Part shown: in pieces, positions 21,385-31,187 of the stretch
How the letters are laid out: each line of letters opens with the position of its first letter
Numbering within the stretch: the first letter of the stretch is position 1
Program-made: the position numbers and the translations under genes
NCBI GenBank assembly: GCA_049521795.1
Contig: JBEKOM010000008.1
Location: forward strand, 1-64,000
From: Candidatus Bathyarchaeia archaeon
Lineage (GTDB): Archaea; Thermoproteota; Bathyarchaeia; Bathyarchaeales; Bathycorpusculaceae
Direction: 5' to 3'
DNA length: 64,000 nt
Notes under the pieces: model-generated
Seen by the model: the letters and a program-made list of their open reading frames with translations, nothing else
What the model was told of the DNA's origin: nothing
The model's database searches: none

Positions 21385-22749
21385 ATGAGGAAAGCGCTAG
21401 AAGTGATGGTAATAGGAGTTCTGTGTTTATCTGTTTTTTTCGTTTCTTCTATAGGCTCTATTTTGTCAACATCACGAAGGATTGTCTCGCACTCCTCCGC
21501 TTTAGATGAACCCCCCACTTTGGTAGGAGTCAGTGTTAGGCTTTTTGATGGTTCTGTGAGTGTCAGTTACTCCGACTACTTCTACGTGAAGCACGGATGG
21601 GTGGCCTACAACTGGAGCGGTGTGCCCACGCCAGCCCAAAATGCGTTCCTAGACCCAGCGCAAAACAACTTCACTTTAACGACGAACGCCTCAGGCTTCA
21701 CAAACCCGCCTCTGAGCCAATACACAGAATACAACAGCACGGAAGACTCGATGGCAAGCTGGTTCTGGATCCAATTCTATCCAGGAAACCTCACTCCCGG
21801 AACATACTCATTAACGGGCACCTGGCAAGAAGCTGCAGCTGCTAACTATCCAAACTATACCGACATCTACAGTCAAAGAACGATCACGCTTTTCGTAAAT
21901 CCTGCAAATTCCACAACGCTGGTTTCCCTTTCACCCAACCTTGTCTCTGTCGGCCACGTTGCTAACTGCACCGCTACGGTGTCAGGACTAAACGCAACCG
22001 GCACCATCAACTGGACGACGAGCAGCATCGGAGGCTCGTTCGGTTCAAACGTCGGAATCTTGTCCGCTGGAGGCACAACAACCACTTATGTCGACAACTT
22101 CACCGGCTACGTGATGATCACGGCATGGTACAGTGGAGACTCAAACAACGCGCCGAGCAGCGGCAGCGCCGTTCTAACGGTTTTCGTTAACGTCTCGACG
22201 GGAACAAACGTCATGGTTTACCCGACCGCTGGCCTAACACTGAATTTCAACAGCGTCACGTCTGCCGGTTACACGGTCGCAAACACAACGCCAACCGTTA
22301 ACGCACCTCCGTTGAACAACACGGTTGGCCCATACTACAACATCAAGGTGACCGCAGGTTTTTCTGGCAACGTGACGGTTAGCTTGGCTTTTGACGGTTC
22401 AAACATGACGACGGAGCAGAAAAACAGTCTGCAGATGGCGCAGTACACGCCCATACCCGGCGACTTCAAGGGCGAAGGCATAGTAAACATACTCGACGCC
22501 ATAATACTGGGCAATGCGTTCGTTTCACATTGTCCAAACTATGACTATGTTGGAGAACCGGCTAGTCCTAACTGGAATCCCAACGCTGACCTGAACGGCG
22601 ACGGCATCATCAATATCCTGGACGCCATAATCCTTGGAAACCACTTCCTTCAAACCGCCAACTGGGTAAACATAACATTGTACGTCGACACAACGAACAA
22701 CATCGTCTACGGACAAACCTCACACTTCTCCTTCATAACAATACACTAA
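21385..22749 (+). CDS. Secreted Ig-like protein with dockerin-like domain
   Basis: Signal peptide, T/S/N-rich beta domains, GDFKGEGIVNILDA...ADLNGDGIINILDA duplicated Ca-loop. Confidence 0.8.
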   Translation: MRKALEVMVIGVLCLSVFFVSSIGSILSTSRRIVSHSSALDEPPTLVGVSVRLFDGSVSVSYSDYFYVKHGWVAYNWSGVPTPAQNAFLDPAQNNFTLTTNASGFTNPPLSQYTEYNSTEDSMASWFWIQFYPGNLTPGTYSLTGTWQEAAAANYPNYTDIYSQRTITLFVNPANSTTLVSLSPNLVSVGHVANCTATVSGLNATGTINWTTSSIGGSFGSNVGILSAGGTTTTYVDNFTGYVMITAWYSGDSNNAPSSGSAVLTVFVNVSTGTNVMVYPTAGLTLNFNSVTSAGYTVANTTPTVNAPPLNNTVGPYYNIKVTAGFSGNVTVSLAFDGSNMTTEQKNSLQMAQYTPIPGDFKGEGIVNILDAIILGNAFVSHCPNYDYVGEPASPNWNPNADLNGDGIINILDAIILGNHFLQTANWVNITLYVDTTNNIVYGQTSHFSFITIH

Positions 22750-22775
22750 GGAAAAGATTTCACTTTGCCCTCAAA

Positions 22776-22814
22776 CCTAGACTGGCATACTAAACCAAGC
22801 TATACGACGGCCCC
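22776..22814 (-). repeat. Intron-less 5' half of tRNA-Pro (att-like remnant)
   Basis: GGGGCCGTCGTATAGCTTGGTTTAGTATGCCAGTCTAGG matches the spliced tRNA-Pro up to the anticodon with 4 transitions; no 3' half follows. Confidence 0.8.
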
Positions 22815-22915
22815 ACAGAGGTAGGTTAGTACTCCTTGAGGACGTAGCCCTTAAGGCTTTATTTTCTTTTCCTTCATAGCGTTTCTACGGATAGAGAATC
22901 AGATGGATGATGAAG

Positions 22916-23224
22916 TCATTGTTTGTCGGTTTGCGTAACTAAACCTAGGGTTTTCTTCTCAAGATATGTAGGTGCTTTCTGACTGATCAAACGTTTCTGT
23001 ATGAATTCATAACCGCATTCACACTTGAACCCAACAGTCTCATTCTTTATCGTCAGCAGACTATTGATGCGTGATGCTTTGCATCCTGTTTCTAGTTTGT
23101 GCATTCTCCAAGTTAAAGCAAGATCGTCCAGATTCATAGGGTTGAGCGTTTCCGCTTTGAACAGGAACCAAAAGACATATGATATCAAGCTGACCCAGAA
23201 AATCAACGCTAGCCATTCCAGCAT
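22916..23224 (-). CDS. Hypothetical membrane-anchored protein with H/C...CxC motif
   Basis: N-terminal TM; WRMHKLETGC...GFKCECG. Confidence 0.6.
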   Translation of the reverse strand: MLEWLALIFWVSLISYVFWFLFKAETLNPMNLDDLALTWRMHKLETGCKASRINSLLTIKNETVGFKCECGYEFIQKRLISQKAPTYLEKKTLGLVTQTDKQ

Positions 23225-23454
23225 TCTTTCACAACCATGCTTACAACGCATAATCTAGATTTTTCACCGGTGCGCGCCTGATGTTTAGGGCAGAGCCCTA
23301 GATTAAAGAATTGTGAACCAAGCATCTTTACTTCAAATCAAAGACTGCATCACATACTCGGTAATTCTTGAAGTAATAAAGAAGCGAAGGCAGGCCTGAA
23401 TGGGGAAGAAATGGATGGGTCCACTGCTCAATCCACGTCTTCTTGCAACTTGAA

Positions 23455-24561
23455 TCATTCTGTCCAGTAGACCCGTCCGTTCGGACCCTTGGATTCTTTC
23501 AAGACTTCCTTTTTCACTCTGCGAGCGAGAAAATTCACAATCTTGCGCTCTTTGCCTTTGGTCAAGAGACCTCGGGACTCTAAGGCTTTGACCACATCTC
23601 TCACTGTTCTTCTACTGGTTTGCTTGAAAAATCCTTCGCGAACCAGACCTTCAAACGCGCGATGCGCGTGACCGCCCCATGTTTGAGCAATATTGCAGCG
23701 TCGTGTCTTCTGTGCTGTTCCGAGGACCATGAATTTCTTCTGAAGACGTTCAAAGGAAGATCCCACGACCTGGATATTCTCCATAACTCCTTCTCCGAGG
23801 TCTCTCTTCACAAATTCCTGTATCACAGGCATCTTTTGAGGGTTAAGACCAGCAATTGTAGCTCCAACTGTCTCTACGGCAACCGCATCTCTTCCAGCGA
23901 GCATAGTGTTCACCCGCACTGGAGCACCGCCTGCACCGCGCCAAAGGTACGTTCCGTCCAGCACGGCAAGGTCTATGCCGCCGACAGCTTCGTACACGTC
24001 CGCGAGGAGTGAAGGGAGAACTTTGTGATATTTTATTCTCTTCGAGTCTGGAATGCACCCGAAAAGGTTCTTGAGGATGCTTCCACTCTCAAAGGAGCGC
24101 AGAATGTGCGTGTCAACTAAGACGTTGGGTTTGAACAGTGTGTGCGACAAGTTCATTTCTCGGTCAGCAAGCTTCACTTTTTTGGTGTCTGAGTCATCTG
24201 AGAGGTTGAAGGGAATAACTCGCTCTGTGAAAAGCTTCTTCCATATTTGAAGCCTCTCTGAACCGGTGCCTTTGTAATTGTCAGATTCAGCCAAGAAAAT
24301 CTTCGGCGTTCTATCGAAACAATCGATGATTGCCTCAACCAAGCTCACTGAGGCGTGGTTTTCCGCCTTATGACTGAATACGCCGACCTTAATGACAACA
24401 GGTCTCTCAGCAGTGTTCAGGTCATCTATTCCGCCGATCAGGTCGAGAAGTCGCCTCAACTGCGTCTCCTCGTCACCATTAAATTCGACCACAGCCACTT
24501 TCGAAGTCAATGTCAAACCTCGCTTTAGAACGGAACAATGTGGATATTCATTGAAAAACAA
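23455..24561 (-). CDS. DUF362 domain protein (start may be ~24510)
   Basis: SKVAVV, VVIKV, AESD, LKNLFG, LAVLDG, DAVAVE pattern; C-terminal wHTH-like extension. Confidence 0.75.
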   Translation of the reverse strand: MFFNEYPHCSVLKRGLTLTSKVAVVEFNGDEETQLRRLLDLIGGIDDLNTAERPVVIKVGVFSHKAENHASVSLVEAIIDCFDRTPKIFLAESDNYKGTGSERLQIWKKLFTERVIPFNLSDDSDTKKVKLADREMNLSHTLFKPNVLVDTHILRSFESGSILKNLFGCIPDSKRIKYHKVLPSLLADVYEAVGGIDLAVLDGTYLWRGAGGAPVRVNTMLAGRDAVAVETVGATIAGLNPQKMPVIQEFVKRDLGEGVMENIQVVGSSFERLQKKFMVLGTAQKTRRCNIAQTWGGHAHRAFEGLVREGFFKQTSRRTVRDVVKALESRGLLTKGKERKIVNFLARRVKKEVLKESKGPNGRVYWTE

Positions 24562-24660
24562 AAACCTTTCTACTACAGCAAATTGTGTTACGGCAACGCT
24601 AAGTCTTCATGGGCCACAACGCTCACCGTAAGATTCGAACTTAAAAGTGGATTCATCTAG

Positions 24661-24695
24661 TGTATATACAAAACGTATATGCAAAATGTATATGC
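24661..24695 (+). repeat. 13-bp tandem repeat YGTATATRCAAAA (~2.7 copies) in a divergent promoter region
   Basis: TGTATATACAAAA CGTATATGCAAAA TGTATATGC. Confidence 0.8.
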
Positions 24696-24816
24696 TCACA
24701 GATTTTTCTTTTTGCGAATTTAGAGACAAGCTAGCGCGCTTTATATCTTGACGCGTTCAAGCCAAGTTATAGAATCTGTTATAAGCGTTGCCGTTTTCAG
24801 GTTTGTCTTGAGGAAA

Positions 24817-26073
24817 ATGGTTGAGCTAAAGAGAACTCTGAGTCTTTTAGATGCCACGGCGATCGGCGTCGGGGCGATAATCGGTGCGGGAATCTTCGTT
24901 GTGCTAGGCATCGCCGTGGGCTATGCTGGGCCAGCCGTTGTCGTGTCAATGGTCATTGCAGCTACCGTTGCCTTGTTCACCGCGCTTAGCTTCGCCGAAC
25001 TGGGTTCTGCAATTCCCAAGCAGGGAGGGACTTACGAGTTTGCTTACGAGATGATCTCTCCCTTCGTAGCGTTTATTTCGGGATCTTTGTGGCTCTTCGG
25101 CCAGACCGTGGCCGGAGCAGCTGTGAGCCTAGCGCTAGCAAGTTACGTCGTAGCGATGTTCCCGTTTTTTCCTTTGAAAGTCGTTGCAGTTTCAGCCGCA
25201 CTGGTTTTCACGGGTTTAAACCTCGTCGGAACGAAGCATTCGGCTATAATCAACAACATTTTGGTTCTGGTGAAAATCGTGATCCTCTGCCTGTTTGTTA
25301 GTTTCGGAGTTCTTCAAGTGAATTCGCAAAACTATTCACCGTTTGCGCCGCATGGCCTTGTTGGAATCCTTCAGGGAGCAGGGTTCATCTTCTTTGCGTT
25401 TTTGGGTTTCGGAAGAATAGCAGCGCTCGGTGAAGAGGTAAAGAACCCCAAGAGAACGTTGCCGCTGGCGATCTTGATCGCCCTCGTCACCTCGGTGATT
25501 CTGTATGTTGCGACGGGCCTTGTCGCAACAGGCCTGCAAAACTATCAAACTTTGGCAGGTTCAGGGTCGCCCCTTGCCACCGCTGCAAGAGCGACGGGAA
25601 ACTCGACACTAATCGCGACAATTTCCTTCGGAGCCATTGTGGCCACTGCGAGCGTCCTTTTGACCAACCTGATCGGCTTGTCCAGGGTCTCATTTGCGAT
25701 GGCGAGAAACGGACAGCTTCCAAAGTCTCTGGCAACAATCCACTCCAAGTTCGGAACCCCCTATGTTTCAATTCTTTTGACTGGTGCGCTGATGGTTGTC
25801 TTGGCCTTTGTTGCTGATCTGTGGCAGACTGCTGCAATAACGAGTTTTTCACTTCTGTCTACTCACATCATCCTGCACGTTTCAGCGATAAGACTCAGAA
25901 AGAAAATGCCCAACCTGAAAACCTTTAGGGCCCCATTTTACCCGCTGATCCCTTCCCTTGGCTTGGTCAGTTGCATCATTCTGATGTTTTCACTGCCCGT
26001 AGAAGCGTGGATCGTTTGGGCAGTGTTCGTGATAGCCATCTCAGCCTATTATCTTCTAAGAAACAGACATTGA
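24817..26073 (+). CDS. APC-family amino acid permease
   Basis: LKRTL, GAIIGAGIF, FAELGS..P..GG.Y, FFAFLGF, EEVKNP; about 12 TM. Confidence 0.93.
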   Translation: MVELKRTLSLLDATAIGVGAIIGAGIFVVLGIAVGYAGPAVVVSMVIAATVALFTALSFAELGSAIPKQGGTYEFAYEMISPFVAFISGSLWLFGQTVAGAAVSLALASYVVAMFPFFPLKVVAVSAALVFTGLNLVGTKHSAIINNILVLVKIVILCLFVSFGVLQVNSQNYSPFAPHGLVGILQGAGFIFFAFLGFGRIAALGEEVKNPKRTLPLAILIALVTSVILYVATGLVATGLQNYQTLAGSGSPLATAARATGNSTLIATISFGAIVATASVLLTNLIGLSRVSFAMARNGQLPKSLATIHSKFGTPYVSILLTGALMVVLAFVADLWQTAAITSFSLLSTHIILHVSAIRLRKKMPNLKTFRAPFYPLIPSLGLVSCIILMFSLPVEAWIVWAVFVIAISAYYLLRNRH

Positions 26074-26242
26074 CGGCTTGTGCACGGTGTTCTCGTCTAT
26101 TTCTCACATCAAGACGAACAAGCTCTGATCCAGATGGGAAAAACCGGTTAATGAGTGAGGCATAAATAAGAAATTCATTCCACGATACGAGAGGCTAGGG
26201 TTAAATAAACGTGGATCCTCAGCGATACTCGCAAGGCTCAAG

Positions 26243-27688
26243 GTGTTCATCGTGAAAGAATATGATTTTATATTGTTAGGCACAGGCTCGGGCATGGAAA
26301 TAGTCAACGCGCTGATTGAAGATAATCCGAGCATGAGAGCGGCAGTAATAGACAAGGATGAGCCAGGCGGCATCTGTCTCACCCGCGGTTGCATTCCGTC
26401 CAAAATTCTCCTATACTCTGCAGAATTAGTAAGGACGATAGAAAGAGCCAAGGATTTCGGCATATCTGCTGATATCAAGAACGTGGATTTTCAGAAAGTC
26501 ATGCAGAGAATGAGAACCCTGATCTACGAGGATATCAACAGTTTGCGGCAAGGACTTTCTCATTCCAAGAACGTGGATTATTACAACAGCGTGGCCGAAT
26601 TTGTGGCGCCCTACACGTTGAAAGTTGGCAACGAAATCGTAACCTCTAAGATGATTTTTCTATGCTGCGGGTCGAAACCAATTATGCCTGCAATAGACGG
26701 TCTTGAAAACGTACCCTACCTTACCAGCGACACGATCCTCAAGCTTGATCGCCTCCCTAAGAGCATCGCAATCATCGGCGGCGGGTACGTAGCAGCTGAG
26801 TACGGCCATTTCCTCTCAGCCATGGGGTCCAAGGTCACCATAATTGGCAGAAATCCACAGTTCATTCCGGAAGAAGAGCCAGAAGTGTCCGCGTTGGCCA
26901 AAAGAGAACTGCAGAAGCACATGACCGTGTTCACGAATCATGAGGTGCGCAGAGTCGACAACACTTCAGCCGGCAGAAGAATGGTGATTGCCGTTGACAA
27001 AGAAACAGGAAGGGAAACTGAGATAGCAGCAGACGAGATACTCGTAGCGTCGGGAAGAGGCCCCAACTCGGACATACTGCATCCAGACAGGGCCGGAATC
27101 AAAACTGACGAAAAAGGCTGGATCATCGTTAATGAGTATATGGAGACATCTCAGCCTAACGTTTGGGCCTTCGGAGACGCAGACGGCAAATACATGTTTA
27201 AGCACGTGGCAAACTATGAGGCACTACTCGTGTATTTCAACGCTGTACAGAAGAAGGCTGTCAAGGTCGACTATCACGCGGTCCCACATGCTATCTTCAC
27301 TTATCCGGAAGTCGCATCGGTGGGACTAAAGGAGAAGGAGGCAATAGAAAAGTACGGCCAAGAAAACGTTCTGATCGGCTTTCACAGGTTTGAAGACACG
27401 GCTAAAGGAGAAGCTTTGGGCGTGCGAGACTACTTTGTGAAGGTAATGCTTGAAAAAGACACGCTGAAAATCATAGGCGCACACATCATCGGGCCCTACG
27501 CGTCAGTTCTTATCCAAGAAATAGTGAACGTCATGTGCACTGATGAACAAACCGCAGAACCGCTCATCAAGGCAATGCACATCCACCCCGCGTTGACCGA
27601 GGTTGTGGCGAGAGCCTTCAGCCCGCTCATGACACCGCAGCTGTACCACCACACTATCGAGGAGCATTACGGTCTTCTATTGAAGTAA
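26243..27688 (+). CDS. Pyridine nucleotide-disulfide oxidoreductase (dihydrolipoamide dehydrogenase family)
   Basis: GTGSG FAD motif, GGICLTRGCIPSK redox disulfide, IIGGGYVAAE, HIHPALTE. Confidence 0.9.
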   Translation: MFIVKEYDFILLGTGSGMEIVNALIEDNPSMRAAVIDKDEPGGICLTRGCIPSKILLYSAELVRTIERAKDFGISADIKNVDFQKVMQRMRTLIYEDINSLRQGLSHSKNVDYYNSVAEFVAPYTLKVGNEIVTSKMIFLCCGSKPIMPAIDGLENVPYLTSDTILKLDRLPKSIAIIGGGYVAAEYGHFLSAMGSKVTIIGRNPQFIPEEEPEVSALAKRELQKHMTVFTNHEVRRVDNTSAGRRMVIAVDKETGRETEIAADEILVASGRGPNSDILHPDRAGIKTDEKGWIIVNEYMETSQPNVWAFGDADGKYMFKHVANYEALLVYFNAVQKKAVKVDYHAVPHAIFTYPEVASVGLKEKEAIEKYGQENVLIGFHRFEDTAKGEALGVRDYFVKVMLEKDTLKIIGAHIIGPYASVLIQEIVNVMCTDEQTAEPLIKAMHIHPALTEVVARAFSPLMTPQLYHHTIEEHYGLLLK

Positions 27689-27851
27689 TGCACCCGCGTG
27701 CACGGTACCTTTGTCTTGCGATGCGTGGGACTCCTTTGAGAAGCTTCGGACGGCACGCATGAAATCTTCTGCACACTACAACAACCTTATATGTCCACAT
27801 TTAACCATTGGCAAACAAGCGGTCGTCCAAAGCTGAAAAGAAGGAGTCATT

Positions 27852-29057
27852 TTGATCAAAGACCTTTCAGCCTTCTACTCCAAGAATGCTCTCAACATGA
27901 AACGTTCCGAGATCCGCGAACTTTTGAAAGTGACCAGACGACCCGACATGATCAGCTTCGCAGGCGGACTTCCCGCTCCAGAAACTTTTCCCGTCAAAGA
28001 CCTCGAAGATATATCTTGTCAGATACTGAGAGAAAAAGGAGCCGAGGCCCTTCAGTACGGACCCACCGAAGGAGAATGGCCTCTGCGCGAAGAAATCGCC
28101 AAGTGGATCTCACGTGAAAAACCCGGAATCAAACCCGAAAACATCCTTGTCACGTCAGGATCGCAACAGGGTCTGGACATCATCTCCAAAGTCTTCCTGG
28201 ACCCGAAGGACACGGTAATAGTTGAGTTGCCAACGTACATCGGCGGTCTGCAAGCGTTCACAGCGTACAGAGCCAAGATGGTCGGCGTCCTTCAAGACGA
28301 TCAAGGAATGAGGATGGACCTCCTGGAAAAAACTTTGACCGGACTGGCAAAGAGGAAAAAGAAACAAAAATTCATCTACGTTGTCCCAGACTTTCAGAAT
28401 CCTTCCGGAGTCACGATGTCCCTGGAAAGACGCAAGAGACTCTTGGAACTGGCATACGAGTACGAGCTTCCCGTCGTTGAAGACAGCCCGTACAGAGACC
28501 TCAGATTCGCAGGCGAAAGCGTTCCAGCCATTTTCAGTCTGGACAAAGAGAATCAAGTCATAGTCTTAGGAACCTTCTCCAAGCTGCTCTGCCCAGGACT
28601 AAGGTTGGCTTGGATAACGGCCCCTGCCGAGTGGATGGACAGGATGGTCGTCGCCAAACAGAGCATGGACCTCTGCTCGCCCACGTTCACTCAGCTAATA
28701 GCGGCCGAGTTCATGAAACGCGGGTTGATGCCGAAACAGGTCGAGAGTATCCGCAGACTCTATGCAAGAAAGCGTCAAGTGATGCTCGAAGCCTTGCAGA
28801 AATTCATGCCGAAGGGTGTGACATGGACCAAGCCCGAAGGCGGACTGTTTCTGTGGGTCAAACTTCCGAAGAGAATGAGCACAGACGACCTATTTCCAAA
28901 GGCAATCGAAAACGGAGTGGTCTACGTAAAAGGCTCAGCCTTTCACTGCAACGGCAAAGGCCAGAACACCATGAGAATAAACTTCTCCTACCCATCAGAG
29001 CAGCAGATTGAAGAAGGCATCAAGCGCCTAGCCAAAATGATCAAAGAGAACGCATGA
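27852..29057 (+). CDS. PLP-dependent aminotransferase class I/II (LysN/ARO8-like)
   Basis: ISFAGGLP, LQYG.TEG, FQNPSG, EDSPY, GTFSK...PGLR. Confidence 0.92.
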   Translation: MIKDLSAFYSKNALNMKRSEIRELLKVTRRPDMISFAGGLPAPETFPVKDLEDISCQILREKGAEALQYGPTEGEWPLREEIAKWISREKPGIKPENILVTSGSQQGLDIISKVFLDPKDTVIVELPTYIGGLQAFTAYRAKMVGVLQDDQGMRMDLLEKTLTGLAKRKKKQKFIYVVPDFQNPSGVTMSLERRKRLLELAYEYELPVVEDSPYRDLRFAGESVPAIFSLDKENQVIVLGTFSKLLCPGLRLAWITAPAEWMDRMVVAKQSMDLCSPTFTQLIAAEFMKRGLMPKQVESIRRLYARKRQVMLEALQKFMPKGVTWTKPEGGLFLWVKLPKRMSTDDLFPKAIENGVVYVKGSAFHCNGKGQNTMRINFSYPSEQQIEEGIKRLAKMIKENA

Positions 29058-29222
29058 GAAAACAGAGGCAGAAATAGCGAACGTTTGCTTTCAAAGCTTT
29101 GTCCACCGTACCAGCGATCAATGCAGAACTGCCGATACTTTCTTCGGCCTTACTATTGCTCCTCGTGAATTTCTCTACGGCTCGATGCCTGACGGTCGGG
29201 TCATAAAGACTTATTGCTTGAC

Positions 29223-29630
29223 TCACTCAGACAACACGGGCAACGGGTACAGGTCGCTCAATCTGACTTTCTTGAGTTTCCTGTCGACTTGAACGATCAC
29301 GTGCGGGTCGCCGAATTCGCTTATGAACTGTCTGCACTTTCCACATGGCGGCAGGAAACGGCCACCGTTTTTGTATGCAAACGCGATAATAGTTTCGATT
29401 TCTTCTTCTCCCTCGGAAACCATCGTTCCGATCGCTGCGTACTCTGCGCAGATTGAACATGGAGCAGAACACTCTATCTCGATGTTGACACCGGAGAAAA
29501 TCTTGTTGTTCTTGGTCCGCAAGACAGCTGCGACGGACGACCTCTTGGACTTTCGCTTTCCAATCATATCCTTTGCTTTCTCGACAAGTTCAAGATCCCG
29601 CTTCGTAAGCTCTTCGAATCGCATAGACAT
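29223..29630 (-). CDS. cdd: Cytidine deaminase
   Basis: CAE and PCGKCRQ zinc motifs; SGVNIE. Confidence 0.85.
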   Translation of the reverse strand: MSMRFEELTKRDLELVEKAKDMIGKRKSKRSSVAAVLRTKNNKIFSGVNIEIECSAPCSICAEYAAIGTMVSEGEEEIETIIAFAYKNGGRFLPPCGKCRQFISEFGDPHVIVQVDRKLKKVRLSDLYPLPVLSE

Positions 29631-30458
29631 CTAAAGCAGAACTCGCGTTAATGAACTTTCGTCTAAAATAGAATCACGGGTGACTAAGTCCCGCGGTTCT
29701 CGATTCGCGTTTTCATTGGATATGAACGCTACATCCCTGTGTTCGCGTTTTCACCTCGTCTATCACGCCTACCCCCTCCCCCTAGGGTACTAGTACTGCA
29801 CATAGGCGCTCATGGAGCCCCTGGTGGGTTTGTACGGACTTGAAGCCAACGCGAGTAGAGGGCTTGAAAGAGGACTGGGCGAGGGTAGTAACTTTTCATT
29901 GTGTTCAACCGTCACCGTTTTCTGGTTTCATCTGCGACGCTGCGAGCTTGCTAAAACGCCGGTCCTTCCGTGCTAGGATGTCAGCCAGACGTGACCTGTC
30001 AAGCGTGTGTCTAGCTGAGTCTGTCGCTGCGGATCTGTTCGTTCATCAAGCCTAGGCTTTTTGCGTATTCTAAGAATGCGGTGCGCAGAGCCTCGCTTTC
30101 AGCCATTCCTAGGCTTATGCACATTCGGTCAAGAACCTTCTTCTGTGAGGGTGGCAAATAGACTTTGACAGATTTCCTCGCCAAAAAGCATCACCTCTTT
30201 AGACATCTCACCGTTTTCGGCTCTGAAAAATACGGATGCTCCTGATTCATAAAAGAATTGCCAACATGGAAGCTTCAAACCTTGCAGGGGGTTAAGCAGT
30301 GTTGAAGCGTAAGTTGACACAGGGAAAAGGCAAGGCAGAGAACGTTATTCACAGACCGTAGTTTCAAAAAAGAAGTCCATTACGGTCCATCCTTAACGTG
30401 CAGATGTTCAAGCAGGGTCCTCGACCATTAGACTTAATTATTCTGCCATTGTTGTCGC

Positions 30459-31187
30459 TTGCAGAGGAGGAACAAGACTCGTTTCGCAGTCGGCCACATG
30501 TCGTTGGGGTACATCCTGGGCAAGACTTCGTCCAAGTTCCTGAAAACAAACCTTAACATACCGCTTGTACTGACCTTATCTATCCTCCCTGACATGGACA
30601 TCCTGGCAGAGCACGTGCCTGGTTTGGCTCCGATCCTCCAGCACAGGGGCCCAACGCATTCGTTTGTGGTTTCGTTCATCATTTTCATCCCTTTCTTTGT
30701 CGTCTATCGGAAGACCGCGGTTCCGTATTTCATAGCCTTGGTCCAGCACGCTTTGATAGGTGACTACTTAACTGGAGGGGGTTTGCAGCTTTTCTGGCCG
30801 ATTAGCCAGCAACGTTTCGGATTAGCAGGGGCAAGCATAATGAGCGCAGAAAACGTGGCTTTAGAGTTTAGTCTGTTCGTTGTGTCCCTTGCGATCTTGC
30901 TGATCACCCTGGATATAGTTGCATTGTTTCAGGCTCATCGGTCCAACCTCATACTGGTTATCCCCATTTTCACGGTGTTGCTGCCAACGTTCTTGAGCTA
31001 CCCGTTGACCGTGCCTGCCTGGTTAATCGTGCCGCACTTAGTGTACATGGTTCTTTTTGCGGCCAGTGTTATCTTCGAACTGCCAAGGCTCTTCAGGTCC
31101 CAGCGCAGCCAGAAATCAGAACTTGTCCTGAGCAAGCAGGTGTATAGATTATTAGGACGGCGGCGGAGGCCTTGTTCCCAGGGTTAG
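30459..31187 (+). CDS. Membrane-bound metal-dependent hydrolase (YdjM-like; start uncertain)
   Basis: GH, LPDMD, HRGPTHS, H...D, G.QLFWP motifs. Confidence 0.85.
   Translation: MQRRNKTRFAVGHMSLGYILGKTSSKFLKTNLNIPLVLTLSILPDMDILAEHVPGLAPILQHRGPTHSFVVSFIIFIPFFVVYRKTAVPYFIALVQHALIGDYLTGGGLQLFWPISQQRFGLAGASIMSAENVALEFSLFVVSLAILLITLDIVALFQAHRSNLILVIPIFTVLLPTFLSYPLTVPAWLIVPHLVYMVLFAASVIFELPRLFRSQRSQKSELVLSKQVYRLLGRRRRPCSQG

Larger units (their letters stand above)
17434..22814. mobile_element. Decayed integrative element bounded by direct repeats of the tRNA-Pro 5' half
   Basis: Full tRNA-Pro plus integrase stub at the left end; 39-bp intron-less tRNA-Pro 5' half in the same orientation at the right end. 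Confidence 0.55.

Noticed and set aside
29640-30430. Long intergenic region with a TTCGCGTTTTCA duplicate and a C-rich tract, considered as a replication origin, SRP or RNase P RNA
   Set aside because: No ORB, SRP or RNase P consensus was recognised and there is no adjacent cdc6; the short ORFs look spurious.
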